DNA of 63,368 nucleotides, the filler included, from Octopus bimaculoides (Eukaryota), in assembly GCF_001194135.2 (NCBI RefSeq). It is 6 parts of 6 records of this genome, joined end to end, with 100 filler letters (N's around TTAATTAATTAA, not from the genome) between each part and the next. Parts side by side here need not be neighbours in the genome. Positions count along the whole stretch, not along the records: positions 38,249 to 55,704 come from NC_068997.1; positions 55,805 to 62,044 come from NC_068984.1; 4 more parts are not named here. One strand, written 5' to 3'. Shown one piece after another: positions 48,946 to 61,032 of the stretch. Below the pieces are notes generated by a model, which was given only the letters and a program-made list of their open reading frames with translations, did not search any database and was not told the DNA's origin. Within the stretch, counting starts at the first letter, position 1. Each line of letters begins with the position of its first letter. A program made the translations under genes and the position numbers.

Positions 48946-51900
48946 TTTGTATATTAACAAGATGTGTCAGTACATTAATATCCAATGCAAATATTTCTAG
49001 AAATAGAGCTTAAAAGAACAAAAACATTTATACTGAACAACTTAATAGAAAATGGAAATCTGTTGTTACTGGATGGAAGTGAAGTTAGTTACATGAAGAT
49101 AGATTTAAAAGAAGAAACATTTAATATTTAGTTAGTATTATTTATGTGATCAGACAATATTTACTTGTTGCTATCAATTCAATAAAATAAAACAGACACA
49201 CCTACACTCAAAACATTTTGCAAATCTAAAACCCTTTGTATTTTATGTATTTATAATTACTTCAATACATATTTCTCTGAAGACAGAAAAACTAACACAG
49301 GAGGAAACATGGTTAGGATTGAATAAACAGGATAAGAAAATAGTTTTAAATGCACCACCGTAAGTGCAATAAAGCTAGTCCAGCAACAAAAATATCATTA
49401 AAAAAAAAACCAATTACAATATACAATATAAATTAGGTGAGAAGAACAAACAAACAAAAAGAAAAAATTTTACTAACTGAAGAATAAGTATTGCAAAGCA
49501 GAAAAGTAAAGTTGATTCCTGCAGAAAATGTGTGGAAGAGAAAGAAAAGGGAAGAATTCTAAAGAGATTTAGTAGTGAAATGATCAGAGGGTAATTTTTT
49601 TTTTCCTTCTAAGATGAGATTACAATAAGTTGTCAGCAGAGCTCTGCCTTGTACAAGAGAACAACATTCCATCATTAATCTGCCTTGACTTCCACAAGAG
49701 ACTACTATTTTAATATTACCATAACTAGACACTTAAATCAAGTACCAGTGGTTTATTCACCACTACAAATTACATTTCATTTTATAACATTAATTATATG
49801 AATAAAAGCAAGAATGAAATCAAGCATTTTAATGATGGCATGATGCTTTTGGTGGCTTGTTACTATGTGTTAAATTTATTAAGCTGAGTCAGTATTTTTT
49901 GCAATTAAAACATTAATCCCATTACAAGATGTGCTTATTGGTAAGAGTTGGTAAAAATGTCTAATAATTAATAAAAAAAATTCATAGTGGATGACTTACA
50001 ATAAATCAAAACATATAAACAGTTTATAAAAATATGTAGATAAAAATGACTGCACGGCATGAACACACAATGTGAAAAGATGAAGCATTATGAATTATAA
50101 GCAGAAGATGAAGCTGGGTAGTGTTGGATTGTATACAAAATACTTAGGGTGGGGGTAGGAGACCTGAAGTTAAAGATGGCATTGTGTAAGTGTGAAAGAG
50201 AATGTTTTGTTTTGAATGAGAGTGTGTGTGTGTGTGTGTGTGTGTGCGTACACCTCCATCCAGTTAGCCAGATGGTGAATCTCTACAGTCAAGGTAAACA
50301 GGTACCAGATGACTTGTTTGGATTCATTAACACTGGCCAATATAATGCCATAATCTTTACTGTAGAAAGTTTCAGAAGGTCATCTACATCTGCAATACTT
50401 CAGTATCAGCTCTACTTTATACACACACTGATTTAATACTTGTTAATTAAACACTTAACTTGGCTTGAGTTTTATTTAACATAGATCACCAAATTATTTT
50501 ATATATTACATTGACATCCAATTTTCCAAAATCTTCCTTAGCTGTATCAATGTTGCTTGTCAATCACATATCTAAAAGAGGAACTCTCTAAAGTGATGAG
50601 ATAATAATCTTTGACATAGGACACACTAACAATACATGTTGATGTAGAGGGGGGGGGGTGTCTGAGCAGACAAAAGAATCACTAACAACTTACATGATAC
50701 TGCTCAACCAATACAGGCATAATGAAAACATAACTCAAATGAACCAATGCCATCAATTTGCATAAATCAGATGCAATATATTAATTTCTGAACACGGTAT
50801 ATTCTTAATCAATTGAAATTTCCCAGCAAAATCTAGTGGCATCAGAAAGCAGGAGATAATTTCAAGAAGTTAAAAATCTTTCAAAGTAAATCTAACAGTT
50901 GGAAGTAAGTTTGATCTGTGGAGGTCATGTTCACACACACAAATGCCATGAAAAATGGCAGAGTGACAGCAACATGCTGGACATCCAACTCATAAGCCAA
51001 TATGGACAAGGCAGATCTATTTCTAAATACTTCCAGTTCCACGTAAGGATAGTTAGCTGTAAAATATACTTAATACACAGAAATATATTACATGTATGAA
51101 GCTTCCAACTCATAGAAACAAGAGGAAGTGAAAAAACAAAAACAAATGCTATTCGTGGTTTTGAAGATTCAGAAATTTTTACACAAGTTGTTGGTGAATG
51201 TATTTTACAATGAGGAGACTTTTCCAACAGTTACCCCTCAATAAACTGGGATAAGTTCATTCAGCCAGATTAACAGAAGAATGCAAAGTAAAAAATGGTC
51301 TTGTCAATAAGTTTGACTAGAGTTTGGTTGACCAGCACCTTAGTCACTATAAACACACACAAACTTCCATACTTTTTTTTTTTTCAATCGTATAATTTAA
51401 GCACTGCCTGTAGCAATTTAGAATTGGGGGGGGGGGGAGAAAAGAAAAAGAAAATAGCTGAATAATCTAAAAGCATACACATTTCATGTGGATTAATTTG
51501 TAAGATAATGTTTAAAAAAAGTGTAATTACATTTTCTATTCAGCTAGTAAATTTGACCACACACGCACTCACAGACACACACACACTCAAAAGATCAGTC
51601 AGTCAGTCAGTATGTAGATAGAAGAGATGTTAAGATGTTAAGCAGGGCTAACATCTACAAAACTCAGAAAGATGAACAAATGGAAATCAGCAAACAAATA
51701 GCAAGCAATATTTCAACCATTTAGCATGACGGATATGTCTGTAAAGTTGATAGAAAACAGAGACATGCTAACAACATATTAGGGAGAGAAAACAGACACA
51801 TACAGAAACATCTGTCTTGGCTGCAGAAATAAGTTTGCATAAATTGATCAGTTGTAAAGAATGCAAAGCTAAAAAACAAATTATCAGAGCTAGAAAAAAA

Positions 51901-52699
51901 AAAATTAGCTACACAAAATTTAATTAGTAAAAGTTTTTTTTTTTTTTAAATCAAAGTATTAGTTACAGTATTTTCTGCATATGAATTACAGAATTAAAAA
52001 CAGGATTTAACAGTAATCCAAACAGTGCATAAGTTGACAATTTGTCAGACAGTCTCACAATGACTTAAAAAGAAGCATAGCCACACAATTCATTTACTTT
52101 TAACTGATGTGAAAATATATTTCTATAGGATCTTACCTGGATAAAACTGGGAATTTATTTATTTATATATAGATTATTTTTATTGTTTTGGACATGTATA
52201 ACACAAGTTTAACAAAAATTATGAAAACAAAAAGTTGGAAATTAAAAGCCATGTTAATAATTATGAAAATTTGAAGGAAAAAAATATTAAAAGCAAAATT
52301 ATAAATATAAATAAAAAAAATTTGGAGAACATTGTAAAAAAAAAAATCCAAGTGGTTCGTTCCTCCCCCACCACTTCCATCTTTTCAGGTAAAATTTTTA
52401 ATTTTAAGAACATTTAATTGATAGCAAATAGAACAAAAGACAACATGTATATGAAGTGAAGATAACTATTCCCAAAACAAATGGAATAATTGGTCTGGCT
52501 TGATACTCTGAGTAGCTACTAACTGTATAGAATATAAACAACCTAACATCCTCATTAAAATGCAACAGTTCAACTCTAAAATATATTCCAATAAGATTCA
52601 GATTTGTGCATTTCTTGTTTCAGATATCTCATTTACATCAGATCAAATTTCACTCGAGAAGTAATCTGACATGTGCAACTGCACACATCTGCCTATCCA

Positions 52700-52743
<44 letters not shown>

Positions 52744-53403
52744 CAGCTGTTGTAAAAAGATAGGAATCAATGATTATTTTGAAATCAATTCATATGGAAT
52801 ATTTCAAATAATACTGATATAAGAAATGGCAAGACACACACACATTAGTAACCAGAAAACCTATTTTATTGTAGCTAGCATTAAATAAATGCAAAACTAG
52901 GCAAAACCAGCCAGGTTGTGTGGTTACTACAAAGAGGGAGAAGAAATAGTAAAAGATTCAGATTTTTTAAAATATCTACAGAGTATTTAGAAGGAAGAAG
53001 GAAATGTTTCTAATCTCTCTCTCTCTCAAACACACATTTTGGTATCTACAACACTGAAATATTTAAAATTGATTTTCTATTGACAGCTGTCATGCTACTA
53101 TTCTACAAGAAGTCAACTTCAAATTATCAACTGTAAATTCACACCTAATTATAAATAAACTATATTTATTTAACCACAAAAGTATTTCTTTTCAATAATC
53201 TTCTTTCAGAAAATGTTTGTTATATTTGAGAATATAACTTAAACTGGTGGAATTATTACTTGGGACACCTAATCGCAAAATACCATCCAATTCTGACAAC
53301 TACATTTAAGGAGAGTTAACCAACATATCATTTTAGAGACATTTTTCCAAAGTAAATCTATAACATAATGTTTGTTAATATTCGGAAATAATTCATATGG
53401 TAC

Positions 53404-53421
53404 CTTTGATAGCTTCAGTCT
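53404..53421 (-). CDS. Candidate 18-nt microexon AGACTGAAGCTATCAAAG
   Basis: Strong acceptor ttttcttttcttcccctcAG, donor AAG|GTACCA, length 3n. Two TGCATG motifs 35 and 70 nt upstream of the acceptor. Confidence 0.4.
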
Positions 53422-53897
53422 CTGAGGGGAAGAAAAGAAAACATTACAGCAACCAATCATGCACAAGAAATTCAAATGCAATATAAAACAGACATGCAAA
53501 ACTATGAAATATCAATAGCTACGGACAAATAGCATAGTGCAAAAATGCTGGTGTCTTTGCCTACATTACAAGCACAGATTATTTCAAATTGTTAGTCATA
53601 TTATAATGAAAAAGAAAACAACATTTTTTAGTAAAGGCTTTCCAACTGAGCTGGTCTGCAAATAGATTTGCAAGAAAGGGGGAGGGGGATGACCAATTGA
53701 AGAAGCTAGGTTTCTAAAAATAATTTTACAAATGTATACAGCTGAAATAATATAAGGTGCACTTATTATTTCTTAAGTTATTTAAAATATTCATAACAGT
53801 TTTTAAAATACACACACAAATACACAAACATACACATATGCATACATTCATATACATAAGCACACAAACATACACATCTACATAAAAACGTATGTAT

Positions 53898-53940
<43 letters not shown>

Positions 53941-54103
53941 ATGTGAAAGGAGGTGTGTGAAATCCAGGTAATTACCTCAGTACTCATGGGAATCCCAGAT
54001 TACATCTTTTATTCATTTTGTATATATACACATATACATACATATATATAATACACACACGCACACATACATAAATGCAAATATACACATATATGCATAC
54101 ATA

Positions 54104-55282
54104 CAGAGTGTTCAGGCTAAATTTGATGATTTTTTATATCTCCTTTTTTTTTTGGTGAACAGTCAACAGTGTTGAAGGGCATAAAAATTAAAGTTTAGTT
54201 AAAAAAAAAAAAATTAGTTGACATGGTGGACTGGAAACCATCTAGGTAATGGAAAAGAGTTACCTGTGTAAAGATGATTCATGCCAGATATCAAAGTGCT
54301 GACATTATGGCATAAGGCTGCTGTTCAATGTTCTATGAGCACTAAAGGCTGTCAGGCATGATATGGACAGCTGCAACAGAGACTACAAAGTTATGACCAC
54401 CAGGAAGGACACAGCAGGCATTTCCAACAACTGTAGGTGATGGAAGATCCAAGCAAGGGAACCTAGGCTTTGGCAATGAAAGATGGATGTTGACATCACC
54501 ACCATGAAACTGGCCCTGAATAAGGACCTTCACTATCACTTGTACAAAAGGTGCAAGGGACAAATTCTGACAACCAAGGAGAACTGCTTGACAAAGGAAA
54601 AGGAGTTCCTAAAAATGGATCTTCTCAATTGAAGAAAAAAAAAAAAAAACTTCTGTCAAGCCAAGTTGCACAACATCCAAAACAACAGGTGGCTTGCCTA
54701 CAATCCATGTTATGTTCTATGTATCATGAAAACCAAGTTTCCCTGAACCATGACGGTCTTTAGGTGTGTCCCCAGAGAGAGTGATGTCATGCACTCTACC
54801 TGTTGAACTGGGCTTTAGGTTCAGTTCAGACAGCAATGTGAAGCTGCTGAGGAGGGTTGCTGCAGGATTTGGGCTCCTTGCTATACCGCCAGAAATAGAC
54901 AGAAGTAGTTGTTGGGGAATTTCTAAAACTTCACCAGCTTCAATGTCTGGCCTCCTAATACCCCTGATTGTAATCCCATGGATTACTATGTGTGGGACAC
55001 AGTTGAAAAAGACACCAAAAACTCTACACCAAGGCCAAGCTGATGGCAATATCAACAAGCTTATTGAAGATCTTCTCAAGGATAAAGTGAAGAATGCACA
55101 TGCCAGATTCCAGAGCCATCTTGAGGCCAAGGTGGATGCTAAGGGCGGCTACTTTGAGTAAACTACTATCTCCCAGCCATCTAGTTGATATTTTTTGATT
55201 TTTTAAATACTTTCGTTTTCGGATGGGATACTGTATTTTCTTTTCTCTTTATGCAAACTGCCAAATTTAGCCTGAACACCCT
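54104..55282 (+). mobile_element. Tc1/mariner-superfamily transposon (DD37D/maT-like), internally deleted
   Basis: TIRs CAGAGTGTTCAGGCTAAATTTG and (rc) TAGGGTGTTCAGGCTAAATTTG, left TA. Across frameshifts it reads WPPNTPDCNPMDYYVWDTVEK...ARFQSHLEAKVDAKGGYFE*. Confidence 0.88.
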
Positions 55283-55329
55283 ACACAAATATTTATATAA
55301 ATATATTCATACATATACACACATATACA

Positions 55330-55333
55330 TAAA

Positions 55334-55371
<38 letters not shown>

Positions 55372-55704
55372 TACAACATCTGCATACATGTATAAATCCC
55401 TATATATATATCATATACATGTATAGCTATATTTGTGTGCATGGGTGTGTGTGTGTGTGTATATATATATAACATATACATATATATATACATATTTATA
55501 TATATATATATATATATAACATACATATATATATATATGCATATCACATATAACATATACATATAACATATATATATAAAAACATGCGTATATAATATAT
55601 ATAACATATATATATATATATATGCATATCACATATAACATATACATATAACATATATATATAAAAACATGCGTATATAATATATATAACATATATATAT
55701 ATAT
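55330..55704. repeat. (AT)-rich satellite with ~90-bp tandem duplication
   Basis: The block gcatatcacatataacatatacatataac...aaaaacatgcgtatataat occurs twice. Confidence 0.8.
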
Positions 55705-55804
55705 NNNNNNNNNNNNNNNNNNNNNNNNNNNNNNNNNNNNNNNNNNNNTTAATTAATTAANNNNNNNNNNNNNNNNNNNNNNNNNNNNNNNNNNNNNNNN
55801 NNNN

Positions 55805-56058
55805 GAGCAGATCTTATATCTTCTACCTTGACCCCCTCCCACTTTTGCTCCTCTAAGGACTCTAGGTCTGTAGATATTCTATCAATCCAAGGGGCCTTTT
55901 CATTGTGTGTTTTATCTTCTGCCCAGATTTTATTCCAAAATTCTTGCACTTCTTTTGATGGGACAGACTTTATTGTTACTGGTGTTTTCCCTATCTTCCT
56001 GTAGAAATTTTTGGGGTTATTTTTGAACATGTTATTATCGCGGAAGAATCTAACCTTG
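55805..56058 (-). mobile_element. R4/Dong fragment, 5'-truncated
   Basis: RFFRDNNMFKNNPKNFYRKI..VQEFWNKIWAEDKTHNEKAPWI (pre-RT region). (ATT)n at its 5' end. Confidence 0.85.
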
Positions 56059-56059
56059 C

Positions 56060-56118
<59 letters not shown>

Positions 56119-56119
56119 A

Positions 56120-56190
56120 TTGAGAGAGAGAGCAGTGCATGCAATCAAATTGACACTGGGGTAAAATATACGAAACCCAGTATACCCACA
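56120..56190 (-). mobile_element. 70-bp 3' stub of the TAA-embedded non-coding element
   Basis: gagagcagtgcatgc..tgacactggggtaaaatatacgaaacccagtataccc matches 7906-7960. (ATT)n flanks. Confidence 0.85.
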
Positions 56191-56232
56191 TAATTATTAT
56201 TATTAATATTCTTATTTTTATTCTTATTATTA

Positions 56233-56510
56233 GACGCATGGTTTAGTGGTTGGGGTGTTGCATGCACGATCGCTAGAGCGTGATTTCAGTTCCTAGACCG
56301 GGTGGTGTGTTGTGTTCTTGAGCAAAACACTTCATCTCACGTTGCTCTGCGATCATTTCGATACCTGACGTATGGTACATCCTCGATTTGATGGAGAGAG
56401 TGAGCTAATGCGTAGCATATGCATTTGATGACTATAACCAAAATAATTTGTGCAGGACGTTCGGCAAAAAAGCTTAACACGTATACGTCATCTTCGACGG
56501 GAGTGACTGT
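56233..56510 (+). mobile_element. tRNA-derived SINE with (ATT)n tail
   Basis: gacgcatggtttagtggtt A box, gatttcagttcc B-box-like, gtgttcttgagcaaaacactt CORE-like motif. Confidence 0.78.
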
Positions 56511-56574
56511 ATTATTATTATTATTATTATTATCGTTGTTGTTGTTGTTGTTGTAGTCGTCGTCGTTGTTGTTG

Positions 56575-56650
<76 letters not shown>

Positions 56651-56651
56651 A

Positions 56652-57000
56652 CATTTGGTAATTTCGGGCAAATTTCTACTGCATCACCTGCTACACCACC
56701 GTGTTGCTGGGACGTGTGCAGCATTGTGAGTTATTTTTGTTGTTGGGAGAGAGCAAACTTTTCCCAGTGTTGAATTACGTCAGTTTCTTTTGCTATGAGG
56801 TCTGGTGCAGTCCTTTGTTGCAATAGTGTTTGTGTTGTGTTGTGTGTGTAATGCGATGGTTATGCAACCTGCTGGTGGTAGTTTATTTTTTTGGATATTT
56901 GCTTTTTGGAGTATGTCTTGTGTTGGTGAATTGTTTCATTTGAGGTGTATTATTGAATTGATAGTGCCTTGTGTAGGATGTGGGCTGTTCCTAGCAGAGA
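56652..57000 (-). mobile_element. R4/Dong long 3'UTR fragment
   Basis: gcaaatttctactgcatcacc...gtgcagcattgtg...tattgaattgatag aligns to 14790-15125. Confidence 0.82.
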
Positions 57001-57017
57001 TTATTACTATTATCATC

Positions 57018-57203
57018 GACGAGCTGGTAGAATCGTTAGCACACCGGACGAAATGCTTAGCGGTATTTCACTCGTCACCGAGGTTGGACTTTACCTTTCA
57101 TCCTTTCGGGGTCGATAAAATAAGCACCAATTGAACACTGGGCTCGATGTAGTCGACTTGTTCCCTCCCCCAAAATTGCTGTCCTTGAGGCAAAATTTGA
57201 AGC

Positions 57204-57205
<2 letters not shown>
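57018..57205 (+). mobile_element. CORE-like SINE with (ATT)n tail
   Basis: gacgagctggtagaatcgttagcac..cctttcatcctttcggggtcgataaa..ccaaaattgctgtccttgaggcaaaatttgaagcc(att)n. Confidence 0.88.
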
Positions 57206-57264
<59 letters not shown>

Positions 57265-57266
<2 letters not shown>

Positions 57267-57359
57267 CTTTTTATCACGGGCTTTGTTGGAGCTCCTGGAA
57301 TCTTGCATGCGTAGCGGGCTTACTACCTGCAGCTTACAGTACTATGTTATTCGTTCTTT
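57265..57359 (-). mobile_element. R4/Dong 3'UTR (runs into gap)
   Basis: Matches 18405-18500. Confidence 0.85.
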
Positions 57360-58026
57360 NNNNNNNNNNNNNNNNNNNNNNNNNNNNNNNNNNNNNNNNN
57401 NNNNNNNNNNNNNNNNNNNNNNNNNNNNNNNNNNNNNNNNNNNNNNNNNNNNNNNNNNNNNNNNNNNNNNNNNNNNNNNNNNNNNNNNNNNNNNNNNNNN
57501 NNNNNNNNNNNNNNNNNNNNNNNNNNNNNNNNNNNNNNNNNNNNNNNNNNNNNNNNNNNNNNNNNNNNNNNNNNNNNNNNNNNNNNNNNNNNNNNNNNNN
57601 NNNNNNNNNNNNNNNNNNNNNNNNNNNNNNNNNNNNNNNNNNNNNNNNNNNNNNNNNNNNNNNNNNNNNNNNNNNNNNNNNNNNNNNNNNNNNNNNNNNN
57701 NNNNNNNNNNNNNNNNNNNNNNNNNNNNNNNNNNNNNNNNNNNNNNNNNNNNNNNNNNNNNNNNNNNNNNNNNNNNNNNNNNNNNNNNNNNNNNNNNNNN
57801 NNNNNNNNNNNNNNNNNNNNNNNNNNNNNNNNNNNNNNNNNNNNNNNNNNNNNNNNNNNNNNNNNNNNNNNNNNNNNNNNNNNNNNNNNNNNNNNNNNNN
57901 NNNNNNNNNNNNNNNNNNNNNNNNNNNNNNNNNNNNNNNNNNNNNNNNNNNNNNNNNAATCACTGTTATTGTAAACGTCTTGAGATGCCACATTTTTCAA
58001 TTTCAATTATTGTTATTATTATCATT

Positions 58027-58260
58027 AGCGGCGAGCTGGCAGAATCGTTAGTACGTCAGGCAAAATGCTTAGCGGTATTTCGTCTACCGTTACGTTCTGA
58101 GTTCAAATTCCGCCGAGGTCGACTTTGCCTTTCATCCTTTCGGGGTCGATAAATTAAGTACCAGTTACGCACTGGGGTCGATGTAATCGACTTAATCCGT
58201 TCGTCTGTTCTTGTTTGTTCCCTTTATGTTTAGCCCCTTGTGGGCAATAACGAAATAGGT
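58027..58260 (+). mobile_element. CORE-like SINE
   Basis: gcggcgagctggcagaatcgttag...gagttcaaattccgccgaggtcgactttgcc. Confidence 0.9.
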
Positions 58261-58264
58261 ATTT

Positions 58265-59144
58265 CGCTAAGTGCAAGGTGTGCCACAAGAATTGTGTCAT
58301 CGGCTGAGTCATGGGAATGATAAATGTCTTCATCACCGAAACAACACGATGAATATTTCAGGATGTAAACATCCTGAACGAGTGTGAGACATCATAACAA
58401 CACAAAAAGTAATCCAGAACAGAAAAACAAGCAAACAAACAACCAGAATAATGGAAGATAACAGGACGTGGTAAGAACTAAGACTTCTTGTTAAAATATT
58501 TAATAGGGACACATAAGGTGCCAATAGAGATATCTAATAGGATATTAACGAAGCCAGAAACAACACCTGTCGGACTTGTTGAACAAAAAAGTTATTTTAA
58601 ACTCCCAAACGATAAAACAGTGAACCATAAAAATTACAAAAGCATAACATGCTTTCCAACAGTCTTTAAAACTTAACTCCAATAAGATCGCAGAGAATAA
58701 ATAAGCATCTGAAAAAATAATTTGTTTTCGGAAGAGCAGAAGGAATGCCGCAAAAGACCATGTGGCTGTTAAAATTAATAATTGATCCACATTGAGATTT
58801 GGATGCAAAACATTAAAAAACACAAAACTTAAATATAGCTGTACAACCTAACATGGTTCCGTTAGGTTGTATAGTGAAAGTACTCATTAAAAATGTGAGC
58901 ACTGACTACTACTACTACTATTTATAACTATAATAACAATGGTTTCAAATTTTGTCACAAGGGCAACAATTTTGAGGGAGGGGACTAGTCAATTACATCG
59001 ACTGGTACTTATTTTATCGACTTCGAAAGGATGAAAGGCAAAGTCGACCTCGGCGGAATTTGACTCAGAACGTAGCGACGAGCAAAATACCGCAAAGCGT
59101 TTCGCCCGGCGTGCTAACGATTCTGCCAGCGCGTCGCCTTAATA

Positions 59145-59189
<45 letters not shown>

Positions 59190-60005
59190 GTAGTAATAAT
59201 AATAATAATGATTGACTTTAAATTTTGCCGCAAGGGCAGCAATTTTGGGTGAGGGGATGAGTCGATTACATCGGATCCAGTGTTCTATTGGTACTTATCT
59301 TATCGACTCCGAAAGGATGAAAGGCAAAGTCGACCTCGGCGGAATTTGAACTCAGAACGTAGCAACGGGCGAATACCGCTAAGCATTTTGCCCGGCGTAC
59401 TAACGATTCTGTCAGCTCACCGCCTTAATAATAATAATAATAATAATTTCCCTGACACACTTGATTCTCATTACTTCTTTGTGGAGAAAGAGCAAAAGAT
59501 GTCCGATCATGGTTTGAATTGAAGTCATGTGACATTGTTTTCCTCGCGTAGAACCACGAAACATCAACCCCGAGTAAGATAGCACCCACAACAAGCAGAT
59601 ACATTAAACACGTCATGAACGAAGACAAAAGAATCTGCGAATACAGATAAGAGAGAATTATGAAAAAAAAAATCTCATTTGAAGAGGAATATTCCAATGG
59701 GATTCCTTCTCGCCACTACTTTTCTGTCTAACATCGACCCCTTTAACTGATATATTGAATAAGATTGGACTCAAGTGTAGCTGCTACGGTACGAAAATTA
59801 ACCACCGCTTGTATATGGACATATAAGGTTTACACGGTAGATAATAAATATCTGGAAACACCGCAGCAGACAGTTCATGAATAAACTACAGAATGAAAAA
59901 TATTTGGATTTGGATGGAAATCAAATTTAAAAATACAAAACTTAAACAGTATGCATTGCTGCGTTAGGTTGTATAGTGAAAGTACTCATTAAAAATGTGA
60001 GCACT
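58265..60005 (+). mobile_element. Degraded plus-strand R4/Dong RT fragments interrupted by two minus-strand SINEs (58935-59140, 59215-59425)
   Basis: NYKSITCFPTVFK (58488-58676), EEQKECRK, and GIFQ.DSFSPLLFCL..INHRLYMD (~59690-59820). The SINEs are reverse complements of the 58027 family. Confidence 0.75.
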
Positions 60006-60006
60006 A

Positions 60007-60116
<110 letters not shown>

Positions 60117-60126
60117 TAATAATAAA

Positions 60127-60378
60127 ACAATTCCTATCCTAGTAGATGCCTTAGGTATAATAAAAAATATTCAGACAAATACATAACAAAAACACCAGGG
60201 CTTACAAATATATATAACATACAGAAAATTGCACTACTGGGCACTGCACACATCCTACGCAAAATACTTTCAATACAGTAACCATAAGATCATCACAGCA
60301 AACCACAGCACATACCCAAGGCACACAGAGCTGCGCTCGGTAGTGAAGTGAAAGCACGTTATAAAACTAAAACTATTG
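60127..60378 (+). mobile_element. R4/Dong 3' end (family of 19773-22837)
   Basis: Reverse complement of 19773-20035 (KIALLGTAHILRK..SIQ* plus UTR). (AAT)n on both sides. Confidence 0.92.
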
Positions 60379-60401
60379 AATAATAATAATAATAACAATA
60401 A

Positions 60402-60908
60402 TTGCCCTGACGCAATACTAGGCACTGACTCTCATGACTTCTGATATTAACTGGCTGGAAGCGTTAACACGTACATGTTTTGTCTTGGTGCAAAAGATGG
60501 GCTACAGCAAATATTCTGCTCAATACCAGAAATTTGACGATTTGTGCATCTTAGATCACGAGCAGGAGTAATGGGGAAGCATCATAGCCATGTGTTATGA
60601 GGAATTCTTTGGGATTTGAATAATTCACCTCTTGAAACATGGATGTTTCGTTCATCAACTTTAAACAAACTTTATTCAGGGATCTTTTGAGCAGGGCGGG
60701 CTACTTGACCTGAAAAAAATTTTAACTGGGCCACATCTGCAAGGTCATGCGTTATTTATCTTGATATGGGGTCACTACGTAGCGCACGTCTGGCTGTGAT
60801 ATATATGCCTGGTGTACCTATATCAGACAGGTGGTCATGATGGGTGTATTGAGGTTCGTATATTTGTACCCCAGCGTCACTGTGATGGCATGCGCTGCTC
60901 TCTCACTT
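60402..60908 (+). mobile_element. Non-coding TAA-embedded element, full length; followed by an inverted 5' piece at ~60920-61025
   Basis: ttgccctgacgcaatactaggcactgactctcatg...gatggcatgcgctgctctctcacttaataataa, collinear with the reverse complement of 19195-19725. Confidence 0.85.
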
Positions 60909-61032
60909 AATAATAAATCTGTGGCATTGAGCAGAATATTTGCTGTAGCCCATCATTTACACCAAGACAAAACATGTACATGCTAACACTTCCAATCAAT
61001 TAATATCAGAAGTCATGAGAGCGTTGAAATGC

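Noticed and set aside
50240-50400. Minus-strand frame DVDDLLKLSTVKIMALYWPVLMNPNKS as an exon
   Set aside because: Weak acceptor, and the peptide is equally reminiscent of an ancient LINE RT remnant. It cannot be assigned.
39940-53500. Seven minus-strand TGCATG motifs as a general RBFOX enrichment
   Set aside because: Only modestly above my rough chance expectation, and several derive from CA/TG repeats. Only the pair near the 18-nt exon is retained.
58862-58875. 13-nt match TAGGTTGTATAGT to the 3' half of let-7 (also ~59964)
   Set aside because: No let-7 seed (UGAGGUAG) or seed complement, and the stem is too short for a pre-miRNA. Most likely coincidence within a repeat.
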